Assembly: GCF_009834535.1 (NCBI RefSeq)
Contig: NC_045697.1
Coordinates: 83,516,001 to 83,580,000 of the forward strand
Direction of reading: 5' to 3'
DNA length: 64,000 bases
Source: Camelus ferus
Lineage: Eukaryota
The first letter of the stretch is position 1, and each line of letters begins with the position of its first letter. The notes below the pieces were generated by a model. The model worked only from the letters and a program-made list of their open reading frames with translations. It was not told the DNA's origin and did no database searches. Made by a program: the position numbers and the translations under genes. Below, piece by piece: positions 39,650-50,700 of the stretch.

Positions 39650-39870
39650 GCAGCTAATAATTGTTGAACACGTATCATATACTAGTCACTATGCCAAAGC
39701 ACAAATGAATTATCTGACTTAATCTTCACAACAGTGTTTTTAGTTAATTATTATGATTCCCACTTTATATACGATGAATCTGAGGCTTGGAAAATTTGAT
39801 AACATACATAGTGCTGAATAAGAACAGATCTAGAATTCCAGCTGAGACAATCTGAGTCCAAGCCTTAGTG
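39650..39870 (-). mobile_element. MIR SINE
   Basis: ttaatcttcacaacag...cccactttatatacgatgaatctgaggcttgg. Confidence 0.6.
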
Positions 39871-41532
39871 AGTGCACTGTTAAGTCCCAGAGCTGGCATT
39901 TAAATCCATACCTTCTGATCCCTTATCTGATTTTCCTTCCATAAGGAGAGAAAGAGAAAAGCTCAGCCCTTACACCCAGGCAGCACCCCTCCCCACACCT
40001 CCTGACACCAAGGTTGTGTGTCCCATTCCTCACTTTGTCACTCCTCAGCTAGCCAAATTCTCTTTCCCCTGCCCAAACTGTACCTAGCCCTTGTGAGGAT
40101 GGGATCTAACCAGTCCCCAGTGACACTGCCATCAGTTTAACCCTTTTGCTTCTATAGTTAGGTGTGGAAGTCCACAAACAGGCCTGCCTTCCATATATGA
40201 GTGCCCTCAGGACCCACATATCACATGGTTCAGTTGTGAAATGAAAGGAAGTTGTTCATGTAAACAGAGTAAGGATAGAAAAAGAAGACTTAGATACTTA
40301 AATTTCAAAACTTACCATTTGTCACATGAATTTAAATTTGAGATTCAAAAGTTCTCTTCCTCTGCTTTTACACAAGGAGAATCACTTGCATTCACAGAGA
40401 AAGCATACAATCATGGCACGGTCTCTGAATAAAATGTCTATCTGTTTATCCCCCCAAAAAGATTGAGACCATGAATGAACATGATGAGGCAGGACTTCCA
40501 GGTGTTGGCTACACTATTAAGAAAAGGTTTTGTTGTGGACCCAGCCAGTGTACTGTGGAGAGGAGGGGAAAGATTTGGTGTAGTAGAGGGAAAAAAAAAA
40601 GAGTCCCTAATTTGGAATCAGGTGATCTATATCCTTAACCTAGGATCTACCATGAATTTATCTGTAAAAATGAGCAAGTCATTTCTCCTTAGTTTCTTCA
40701 TGTGTAAAAGAAGTGGTGACTAAGAGCCTTTACACATCTACCATTCAGTGTTAACTTTCTGCCTAGTTGGGGTGGATACTACCATGGTCTGGGGCAGGGA
40801 CTTGGGGGCAGGGCAGAGAGAGAAGGAATATAAGAATGGGAATTTAAATATGAATGAGAAAGAAAAGAAGGAGAAGAAGAAAGGAAAAAAATCCATTAAA
40901 TACTCATAGCATGATAAATACTTTATGGGATATAACAAGTAAAACTCTGATTCAAAATACTCTTGGAAGTAAGGGATTCTGTTTGTCTCTCTGTTTTTCA
41001 ATGAAAGGGCAAATTAGAGATTTACTTTACCACGATATCCATTCTTGAAGAAAAGTCACTATGTTTGGGAGATCTAAGACTTAAAGATTGAAAAGTCTTG
41101 GATTTTGAAGACAAGAGATGCATCTGAAAAATAACAATCTGTTTCTTTCAACATATGTTCTTGCATAGTTCCCCTTAGAGTTTCCCTCTTTTGGCAGATG
41201 GTGAACTATGTCCCTGAGGGGGGTAAAAGGAGACGTATTGTATGTACTAGGTACTAGTTCCTTTGATACATGAGGAATAAACTTTTCACTTAATTTCCTT
41301 TTTCTAGCTGACACTCTTTGCTGATTTATTGCAAGCTAAAGGATAAATATATGTATGGGTTTATGTAATCTCAAAAGCATCTCTCTAGCTATAAAGTGAT
41401 AAGGAAACTACTTTCCATCATTGAATTCTCTCAAGTATAAAGGAGTAGTTTTACTTTTTGAATGCTGAAGGAAGATATCCTCTCAATGCCATTCTCTACT
41501 TGATACATTTTTTTTTAAATTATGTATTTCAG

Positions 41533-41620
41533 GCCCTGCTTGATACTCAGAATCTTTTGCGTGCACAAATCACAAATTTTACGTTCAACCTGGGATTTTC
41601 AGGGAAATTTTACCATACAG
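41533..41620 (+). CDS. NDST3: NDST3 coding exon 2 (88 nt; [30 protein letters not shown])
   Basis: Acceptor tttcag|GCC and donor CAG|gtaaga. Phase 0 in, phase 1 out. Conserved NDST deacetylase-domain peptide. Confidence 0.96.
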
Positions 41621-41934
41621 GTAAGAAAAAGGAGCTTAACTGTCCTCATTAAGGCCTCCCTGACCACTCTCTTTAAAATCATGACCCCTCCTCTTCACAC
41701 CTTCCTATGTTCCCTGTGACTCTCTCCTATTTTATTTTCTTCATATTATTCAGTTTCATTTAACCTATTACTTTTTAACCTTCACAAAATGTTCATAGTT
41801 TGAAAGTTTATTCACCATGTCACATTCTAATGACCTTTCTTTTCTATTGAACTATAATTTGTATATATAGAAGTGCATAAGTAATAAATATAGCGAAAGC
41901 TGCATATCCAGCATGCAGATCAAGAAAAAGAATC

Positions 41935-42300
41935 AAATGATATCACTTTTAAGTGGAATTTTTTAAAAAAGATACAAATTTTATTTACAAACCAGAAATA
42001 GACTCGCAGACATAGAAAACAAACTGTGGTTACCAGGGGGAAAAGGAGGGGAGGGACAGATTAGAACTTTGGGATTAACAGATACACATTACTATATATA
42101 AAACAGATTAAAAATCAAGGACCTAATGTATAGCACAGGGAACTGTATTCAATTTCTTGTAATAAGCCATAATGGAAAATAAACTGAAAATATATATATG
42201 TATCTATGTATATGTGTAACTGAATCACTTTGCTGTACACCTGAAACTAACATTGTAAACTGACTACACTTCAACAAAAACATAAGAATTTAAAAAAAGA
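41935..42300 (+). mobile_element. 5'-truncated L1 3' UTR
   Basis: agacatagaaaacaaactgtggttacc...gtatagcacagggaactgtattcaa...ctgaatcactttgctgtacacctgaaactaac plus A tail. Confidence 0.85.
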
Positions 42301-43049
42301 CACTACTACCAGAATCTCACCTACCCCCTCCATTATGCTGCCTTATAGTCACTAGCTTCCCTCAAAGAAAACCACTATCCTGACTTCTAATATCATAAAT
42401 TAGCTTGCCTGGCTTTGAGAGGTATGTAAAAGGAATCATATTCCATGGACTCTTCTGTGTGCAGCTTGTTTTGGTCAATGTTATTTTAGTTTCACAGATA
42501 TTATTATGTATAGTAGTAATTTTTTCATTTTTACTACTTTAAAGTAGTCCATTGTTTGAATTTACCAAAATTTCTTTATTCCATTACTTTACAATGTAGA
42601 TGTTTGGGTTGTTTCCAGTCTTCGGCTTTTTTTGAATGGTTGTGTTAAGAACATTTTTGCATCTGTCCTTCAGAGGCCATAAGAATTCTTTTCTGTTCAT
42701 TATCAACCAGGAGTAGAACTGCAAGTTACATGGGATGCTTATAATCAGCTTTTAGAAGAAAATGACCGTTTTTCAAAGTGCTTGTACCAATTTATATTTC
42801 CAACAGTTTATGAGTTTTCCTGTTGCTCTCCATTCTCACCAGTATTTGATATTGTTTGTCTTTTTAATTTTAGCCTTTCTGGTGGCCATGTAGAAATATC
42901 ATCTTATGGTTTAAATGCACGTTTCACTGATGAGTAGTGAAACTGAGTTTCTTTCATATATCTATTGACCTTTTGGATATCCTCTTTTTGGAAATACCTG
43001 GGTGTTTTTTTAAATTGATTTGTAGAAATTTTTTATATATTCTTTTTAT

Positions 43050-43260
43050 TTGAGGTTTTCTTTTTTTCTTTTTTTTTATTGAGTTATAAGCAGTTTACAA
43101 TCTTGTGTCAATTTCTGGTGTACAGCACAACTCTTCAGTCATACATGAATGTACATATATTCATTTTCATATTCTTTGTCACCATGAGCTACTATAAGAT
43201 ATTGAATATATTTCCCTGTGCTATACAGTATAAACCTGTTTATCTGTTTTATATATACAA
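43050..43260 (-). mobile_element. 5'-truncated young L1 3' end
   Basis: Poly-T then ttgagttataagcagtttacaatcttgtgtcaatttctggtgtacagc. Same family as 24434-25148. Confidence 0.85.
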
Positions 43261-45599
43261 TTCTTAATGAGCTCTCTGTCAGTTATATGTGTTGCTAATG
43301 CTTCCTCCTTATGTGTGGGTTGTCTTTTTACACCCCTACTGGTACTTTTTGCTTAACAAAAGTAATTTCATTATAGTCTACTTTATCTTTTTTTCCTTTT
43401 TTGTGTCTGTTTAAAGACATCTTTGCATACCACAACGTCTGTTTCTGGACTCTCCTTTCCTTTAGATCTATTTGTGTCATTATACTGTATTGTTTACTAT
43501 AACTTTAATGTGAATATCTGCCATTGTAATATCTGCTAACCCCCAAGTTTGTTCATCTTCTTCAAGATTGCCTTGGCAATTCTTGGCCATCTGAATTTTT
43601 ATATAAATTTTAAAATCAGTTTATCGGTATCTACAAATTAACTTGCTACTATTTTTATTGAGATTATATTAAATTATTAATTAATTTGGGGGAGAATTAG
43701 TATCCTAAACATTGAGTGTTCCTATCATATTTCTAATATCATATTCCTAACATATATAGGTCCTCTTTAATTACACTTGATAAAACTTTATTGTTTTTAT
43801 ATTTACTCCTTGGCAGGTTTTTTGATGCACTAGTAAATGGTGTATTTTTTAAATTTTTATTTTCCATTTCTCTGTCAACTATGCAAAAAACAATTTTGTC
43901 TGTTGACCTTGTATACAGCAACCTTGCTACATTCATTTATTAATTCTATAGTTTATAGATTCTTTTGGATTTTCTACCCATTCAATCACATAATTTTTGA
44001 AGAGTAAAAATTTTATTTCTTCCTTTCTGAGCTTTATGAGTTTTGTTTCTTTTCTTGCCTATTGCACGAGCTTCAGTCTGCAGTAAATATTAAATAAAGG
44101 TGGTAATAGTGACACTCATATCTTGTTCCTGACCTCAGGGGAAATACTTCAGTAGTTTTGTTCCTGTTCTTAGGGGAATTCTTTCAATAGACTATTTTAT
44201 AGATACTCTTTATTAACTTAAGGAAGCTCTCTTCTATTTCTAGATGGCTGAAGTGTTCTATTGTGAATGGATACTGAATGCATTTTATTTTTAAATTATC
44301 TGTTGTCTTTCTTCCCTCACTAAAATGAACACTCCACAAAGGCTTTACTGCTGTCACACCAGCAAGTAAAACTGTCTATTGAAGAAAGGGAATGAATGAA
44401 AAAATGATTCAGTGAAAATAAAGTCACCTTTATTTGAACTATTAGTATGTATATGGAATACGGTTAGAGAATAGAATTTGAGCATGTTGTGCTGTGAAAG
44501 AAAATCACTCTAAATATTAAGAATAATTTAACACTTTCTTTACCAAACATGATAGAAATATAAGAAAACACTCCTAATAACTCAGGTTTTGCCCAGTACT
44601 GAATGCTAAAGAATGACTCTAGCCAATTGCTCTCCTTCATTCTTGTTTCTCAAAGACTTGTCCTCTTTCCTTATTTGCTGTGAGTACTTTCCACAACTCG
44701 TAGTAAGAACGTCCTCTCTGTAAGTCAGGGAAAGTAGAACATAGGCTAAGGCTTGAAAGAATTTTTTTATCTGTATACAGTAGGAAAGCTACCACAGAAA
44801 TTTGACCAGGGTTGTCTAAAACCAGTCAGATCAGTTTTCAATGGGAACAGATATAAAAATCAATATTCTGAATCCTTCAAAAATTAGGTATTGTAAAGTT
44901 TAATTGAATTACATTGTCTTTCTTTCTACATGAGTAATTCTGTTTTCTAGTAAAAATTTTATTTTATTCAGTCTTGAAAAGGAGAAAAACAGCAGTGTCA
45001 AAATAGTAGACTTTATTTCAGGAGTTTCATCTTGTTTGATTTATTTTAGTTTTTGAAGGAGTTGTGCATGTTGTGAGAAGTAAAGATATAGTGGAATAAA
45101 AATTACAGTTCCCTAGTTCCCTTTTAGTGAGCAACACCATATTTTAGGTACTTAACTAAGCACTTTTCATGTACCTTTTCATCAAATCCTAGGAGTTAAG
45201 GAATATGTTACCTTGTTTTCTAGATAAGAACCCATAAACTTAGAGGGGCACAAGTTCATATAGCTAGTTAAGTGTTAAAAAAAAGTCTTAACTTTAGGTC
45301 AGTCAGAGCCTAATTCTTATGCATTAGAAAAAAAAATGGATTTTTGTTGTTCAGTTGTCAATCCTTGATTAAGGAAGCTGAATGGCAAAGGTTACTTCCC
45401 CTTATCTATAGGTTCTTTAGGTTTGTATATTTTCCCAAATCACTGAGAACCAATAGTATTTGTAAATTCTAATTATAATCATAGAATTCATTAACAATGT
45501 GAAGAGCAATGTTATATGAATTAGTAAATCCTAATCTTATTTTTACACTCCACGTTTGGTTCATGAATGATAGTTAAGGGCCCTGGAGATGTGTAATCT

Positions 45600-45790
45600 A
45601 GGTAAGAATTTAGGCTCTGAATTCAGGATTTATCCCACCATTCCCAGTGATGTGGAACAAATTACTTTACCTCTCCTAATAACAATTTCCTTATCTGTAA
45701 AATGGAGTTAGCAAGGTCCTTAGCTCCTAGGGTTGGAGTGAGAATTTAATAAGATGATCCTAAAAAGCACTTAGCACAGTCTCAGTCAAT
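45600..45790 (+). mobile_element. MIR SINE
   Basis: tttccttatctgtaaaatggag...agggttggagtgagaatttaa...aaagcacttagcacagt. Confidence 0.7.
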
Positions 45791-47197
45791 GATGGTGTTT
45801 TTAATATAATATCAGAATAGGAAATACTACAAATAAAATACTGAAGAGACATAAGTTATTTAAATAGATACATAATAAAATAATTTTCAATAATCATAAG
45901 AGTTCAGTATAGTTTTGTAACAACTTAAGAAATGACAGTTAAAACTGTGGAATTTGACTCCCAGTTCATTTCTCTTTCTCCAGTTCTGACTGAAATAGGG
46001 AAAGTGGGGGTGTAAGGAGTGGCAAGAGGCCAGGACAATCCAACCATGAACAACTGTTTCAGCTACTTTTTATCATAAGGTTTAAAGTAATAAGCAATAG
46101 ACACTTGTTCTCAATATAATTAATTCTGATATAAAACATCCCCAAAGTAGGATTAAAGGAAATCAGATAAGAAAGAGTAATAAAGAAAAAAAGAGAGGCG
46201 TACAATTATGCCTACTATGAATTTACATAAATCTGTCAGAGGGCAGACGTCGTTTGTCTAACTGCTGCATGATTAAAATGTATGAATATTTTAATACCAG
46301 ATTTCACCATAATATTCAGGGAAGGACAACAAATGCCTGAGCTTTCGTTCCAAAGAACTCTGAAATCTGTTGCAATGTCCTGATAAATAAGCTTTGGGTG
46401 AAGGCCAACTAGAAAAATGAATAGAGGTAACAAGGATGCAGGGAAAGATAGGAATTATAGAGGACAAGGAATAGAGATTAAAGGTGGTAGGAGGGGTGAC
46501 TTTTCATAAACAAGGAAATCTCAGCTCACTTTACCCAGGGGATTTGGAAATCAGAAATGAACTGTTTACTGGGAAACCCCAAGAGACATCTGCTGTTTTC
46601 AGTACGGAAAAGTAAAGTTTCAACAGGTAACTGACTGTAATTTTAATCAATATGCTGTCCTGAGGACATACAAAATATTAAGCAAGAGGAGCATACGTAA
46701 GCTGAGATGTTTAATTGTAGGGAATCCAAATGTCATCCCTATGTCAAAAAATAAAAATAAAAAAAGTATTAAGGCATCACCAGTCACATGTCACCAGTGT
46801 TTCTCTACCAGGGCTGCCTTATTTATTACCTAAAAGCTAACAGGACCCAAGACTTTGCCATGATTGGAGTCATCAGAGATTCTAAACCCCTAACTCCATC
46901 TGCTATTCCTTTGCAGTTCTCTCTAGAAGGCCTCCCTGAGCTATAAGATAGTTACTCAGAAGCCCCAAGAATGCTCGATGTTGGTGACTCATTAATCAGG
47001 GCAATTAGTTAATACAATAGCTTGATCAGTTCTTAACTTCTTAAATACAGTGTCCTCTCTGCCACATAACATTCAGGGGAGACCCACCTCCACCCCATGC
47101 GGTATTACAGCTAAACACACACACAAAAGGAGACACATAAGAGACACAAGACAAACAGGAACAGGAAATATAGGAGGGGGAAAAAATGGACATTTTA

Positions 47198-47762
47198 AGC
47201 ACTATTTACAATAACCAAGACATGGAAACAACCTTAATGTCTATTGACAGATGACTGGATAAAGAAGTTTGGTATATTTATACAATGGAATACTACTCAG
47301 CCATAAAAAAGAATAAAACAGTGCCATTTGCAGCAACATGGATGGAGCTGGAGATCGTCATTCTAAGTGAAGAAAGCCAGAAAGAGAAAGAAAAATACCA
47401 TATGATATCACTTATATATGGAATCTTAAAAAAAAAAAGACACAAATGAACTTATTTACAAAACAGAAACAGACTCACAGACATAGAAAACAAACTATGG
47501 TTACCGGGGGGAGGGGACTGGGAAGGGATAAACTGGGAGTTCATGATTTGCAGATACTAACTACTATATATAAAATGGATAAACAACAAGTTTCTTCTGT
47601 ATAGCAGATGGAACTATATTCAATATCTTGTAGTAATGTATAATGAAAAAGAATATGAAAACAAATAAATGTATGTCTATGTATCACTGAAACATTATGC
47701 TGTACCCCAGAAATTGACATACTGTAACTGACTGTACTTCAAGAAAAAAAGTATAAATAAAT
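47198..47762 (+). mobile_element. 5'-truncated young L1 3' region
   Basis: Reverse-complement counterpart of 24434-25148. Degenerate TSD aaatggacatttta (47184-47197) / aaataggcatttta (47763-47776). Confidence 0.9.
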
Positions 47763-49543
47763 AAATAGGCATTTTAGATTACCCAGTGTGACAGGACTGT
47801 GCAGACACTTGTTCCCAGAAAGAATAAAATAGTTACTGCTGTCCATATTTCTGCCTGCATGAATACCAACATTAAAGGGGTTATGTGACTTGCCCACAGT
47901 CACACAACTCAAATGTGTTGGAACCTACAAATAACCTAAAAACATCTGACTCCAAAGGCTATACTTATTCAACTATACTATGGTAACAGGAGTGTATGAT
48001 GAAGAGGAAAAACTTAAGGGAAATAAAACAGATTAGATTTAAAGATGCTCTTTAGAGAGAGAGAAAAAAAAATTCCTTCATATCAGCAGAGTACCTAAGC
48101 ATAGGAAAGTGACATTGAAGACGGTCCTTGTTGAAGGATTATTATTCCACTCATTCTATATAATCTTGTCCCTCCTGCATAAATTAGAACAAACAAGCAG
48201 CCTCATACTACAACTTTATCCTTGGTAAATCTCCTTTATTGCCCAATAAATCATCAGATCTGATTCTTTTCCTGCCAGTAGGCTCTGCCTTCCTTCTCTT
48301 GGAAAAATTAAATGAGAGAACAGTGGTAACAAGCACTGGGCTCAGTTGGCTGGGCCAGGGCAGCAGCCCATCCTCCATCTTTAGCCTGTAGGATCCTATT
48401 AAAACCAGTCACATCAGAACTACTATTGAAAACAGGAGAGAGCGTTTCTTCACCCAAATCAGACATCATGTGAAGAATCCACTATTCTAGGACCTTATTA
48501 GATTCAGTGTTGTGGCTGAAATTCAAGTGCAGCTGCCTAATTTTGTAATGATTAATAATCATCTTATGCTATGCCAGGACAGGCCCCTTACACTGCTCTG
48601 ATTTCATGCTTTAGCAAACTGTGCCTGGGGAAGTACAAAAAGAAACTCCTACCCTTGCAGGCAAGTTAAGAGAGCTGTGACTTCCCACACGCAACTAAAC
48701 TGCAGGTCAGGGAGAATGGAGGAAATAAAACAAACCCATGTTTGAAAAACCAGAAGAACAACAACAAAGCTTTGACTTTCAGGGAAATAGAAGTTTCTTG
48801 GTGGAAAGTCTGCTTCCAAGAACTTGACAGAAAGGATGAGCAGTGAGGAGCAGGAGTACCACCAAGGAGCAGCTTGGAAGGTTTCACTCTGACTTCACCA
48901 CTTCTCAGCTTCTTTTCATCACTGTCATCCTTTCTTCTTTCTTCCCTTCAGTTTTCTCTAGTTTTCCCAATAACAGTTGCTACATTTCCCCCTTTTCTCC
49001 TTTTTGTGCCTTAGTTTTCTCTAAATATGACTGAGCAGCTGCATCTCAGACTTAAGGAGTAAACCAGATAAATTATGGAATTATTTTGTTGAGACTGTTG
49101 TGTCACAACCCATCAGAACGATTTACTGTTGGGGCTCTGCTGTACATTTCCTCACTCACATCCCCTTGATTGCATTCCCTGCTCAGCCCCTATTCTCTCC
49201 AAACTACAAATTACACAAAGATGCTAAAGGTTAAAAGTTCTAACATCCTTGGGAATGGTTCTGTACGTCCATCTTGCAGTGATTTTACAGCCATATCTCA
49301 TGTTTAAAAACTTTTAAAGGAACTGTATCACACTCTCTGGTTGTTCCTCGAGGCATGTATTTTCCTTTGTTACATTTCATGTTCAATTATATGTATTGAA
49401 GATAGTATAAATGGTAACTTCTAAATATATAATTGGATGGATGGGTGGATTGATATATAGACAGATATATAAACAGATAAACAGACGATTAGTGTAACTG
49501 AAATTAACTGAATAATCTTCCCCCTCTTCCCCCCCAACCCAAG

Positions 49544-49698
49544 GAACTGAAGAGGAAGATGAAGGGGATGACCATCTGTTGGGATCTGTGGATGAGTTCT
49601 GGTGGTTTCCACACATGTGGAGCCACATGCAGCCCCACCTCTTCCATAATGAGTCATCTTTGGTGGAGCAGATGATTCTCAACAAAAAATTCGCCTTA
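49544..49698 (+). CDS. NDST3: NDST3 coding exon 3 (155 nt; [51 protein letters not shown])
   Basis: Translated by hand (absent from the + ORF track). Acceptor cccaag|GA and donor TTA|gtaagt. Contains the invariant [20 protein letters not shown] deacetylase motif and ends in phase 0 at codon 408. Confidence 0.96.
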
Positions 49699-50116
49699 GT
49701 AAGTAACTTACTTTGAACATAACAATGAACTAATGTAAACTGACTATAGAAATGACTGGCGTTTTATGTTGAGAATGTCTTAGAGGTTTTTGGCATATTG
49801 GCACTTTTTAAGCAGATTTTTCTATGTGACCATTAGAACAACTTGGTAATGCCCCCTTTCAGTATGTGACTTTTGAGTTTGTATTGGGTACTTAATGCTT
49901 AGAGGGGTCTCATTTAAGAGGAACTTCACCAGACACTCATAAGATTTAGTTACATGACATTGTGGTCAGAGCTCATAAAACATGGCTCCTGTCCAGAAGG
50001 ATCTTCCTGCTGCACTGCAAAAGCAAAATACCAACATAAAACAATTCTCCAACAAAATGAGTTATTCCTTGACCTAGTGCCAAACCATATAGACATCAAA
50101 CCCACAGTTCAGAGGG

Positions 50117-50177
50117 TTCACAGCAGCACTACTTACAGTAGCCAAGACATGGAAACAACCTAAATGTCCATCAACAG

Positions 50178-50235
<58 letters not shown>

Positions 50236-50700
50236 CGGAATATTACTCAGCCAGAAAAAAAGAATGAAATAATACCATTTGCAGCAACATGAATGGACCT
50301 AGAGATTATCATATTAAGTGAAGTAAGTCAGAGAAAGACAAATGTCACTTATATGTGAAATCTAAATATATATATATAAATCTTATTTACCAACCAAAAA
50401 TAGAGTCATGGACATAGAAAGCAAACTATGGTTAACAAAGCGGAAATAGCTGGGGAGGGATAAATTAGGAGTTTGGATGGATACACATTACTATATATAA
50501 AATAGATAAGTGACAAGAACCTACTGTATAGAAATTGAACTATATTCAATTTCTTGTAGTAACATAATGGAAAAGAACCTGAAAAAATATATATGTATAT
50601 GTATAACTGAATTGCTCTGCTATACAGCTGAAATTAACATTGTAAATCAACTACACTTCAATAAAGAAAAATTTTTTATAAAAATAAATAAACAAAAAGA
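50117..50700 (+). mobile_element. 5'-truncated L1 3' region with internal (CA)n
   Basis: gccaagacatggaaacaacctaaatgtccatcaacaga...ccatttgcagcaacatg...aaatcaactacacttcaataaa plus A tail. Confidence 0.85.
50184..50234. repeat. (CA)25 microsatellite
   Basis: Read directly from the sequence. Confidence 0.97.

Larger units (their letters stand above)
1557..41532 (+). other. NDST3: NDST3 intron, about 40 kb (GT-AG)
   Basis: gt at 1557, tttcag ending 41532. The joined reading frame DVK|ALLDTQ is continuous NDST sequence. Confidence 0.93.
41830..44285 (-). mobile_element. Old L1M element carrying two younger L1 insertions
   Basis: aaccactatcctgacttctaatatcataaattag 3' UTR signature, and antisense ORF2 remnants to about 44280 (cttcaagattgccttggcaattcttggcc, cttgttcctgacctcaggggaaa). 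Confidence 0.75.
41621..49543 (+). other. NDST3: NDST3 intron, 7923 nt (GT-AG, phase 1)
   Basis: The split Gly codon G|GA joins ...FYHT to TEEEDEGDD in frame. Confidence 0.93.

Noticed and set aside
49383..49685. Minus-strand ORFs overlapping the 155-nt exon
   Set aside because: Antisense shadows of the real NDST3 exon running into low-complexity intron.
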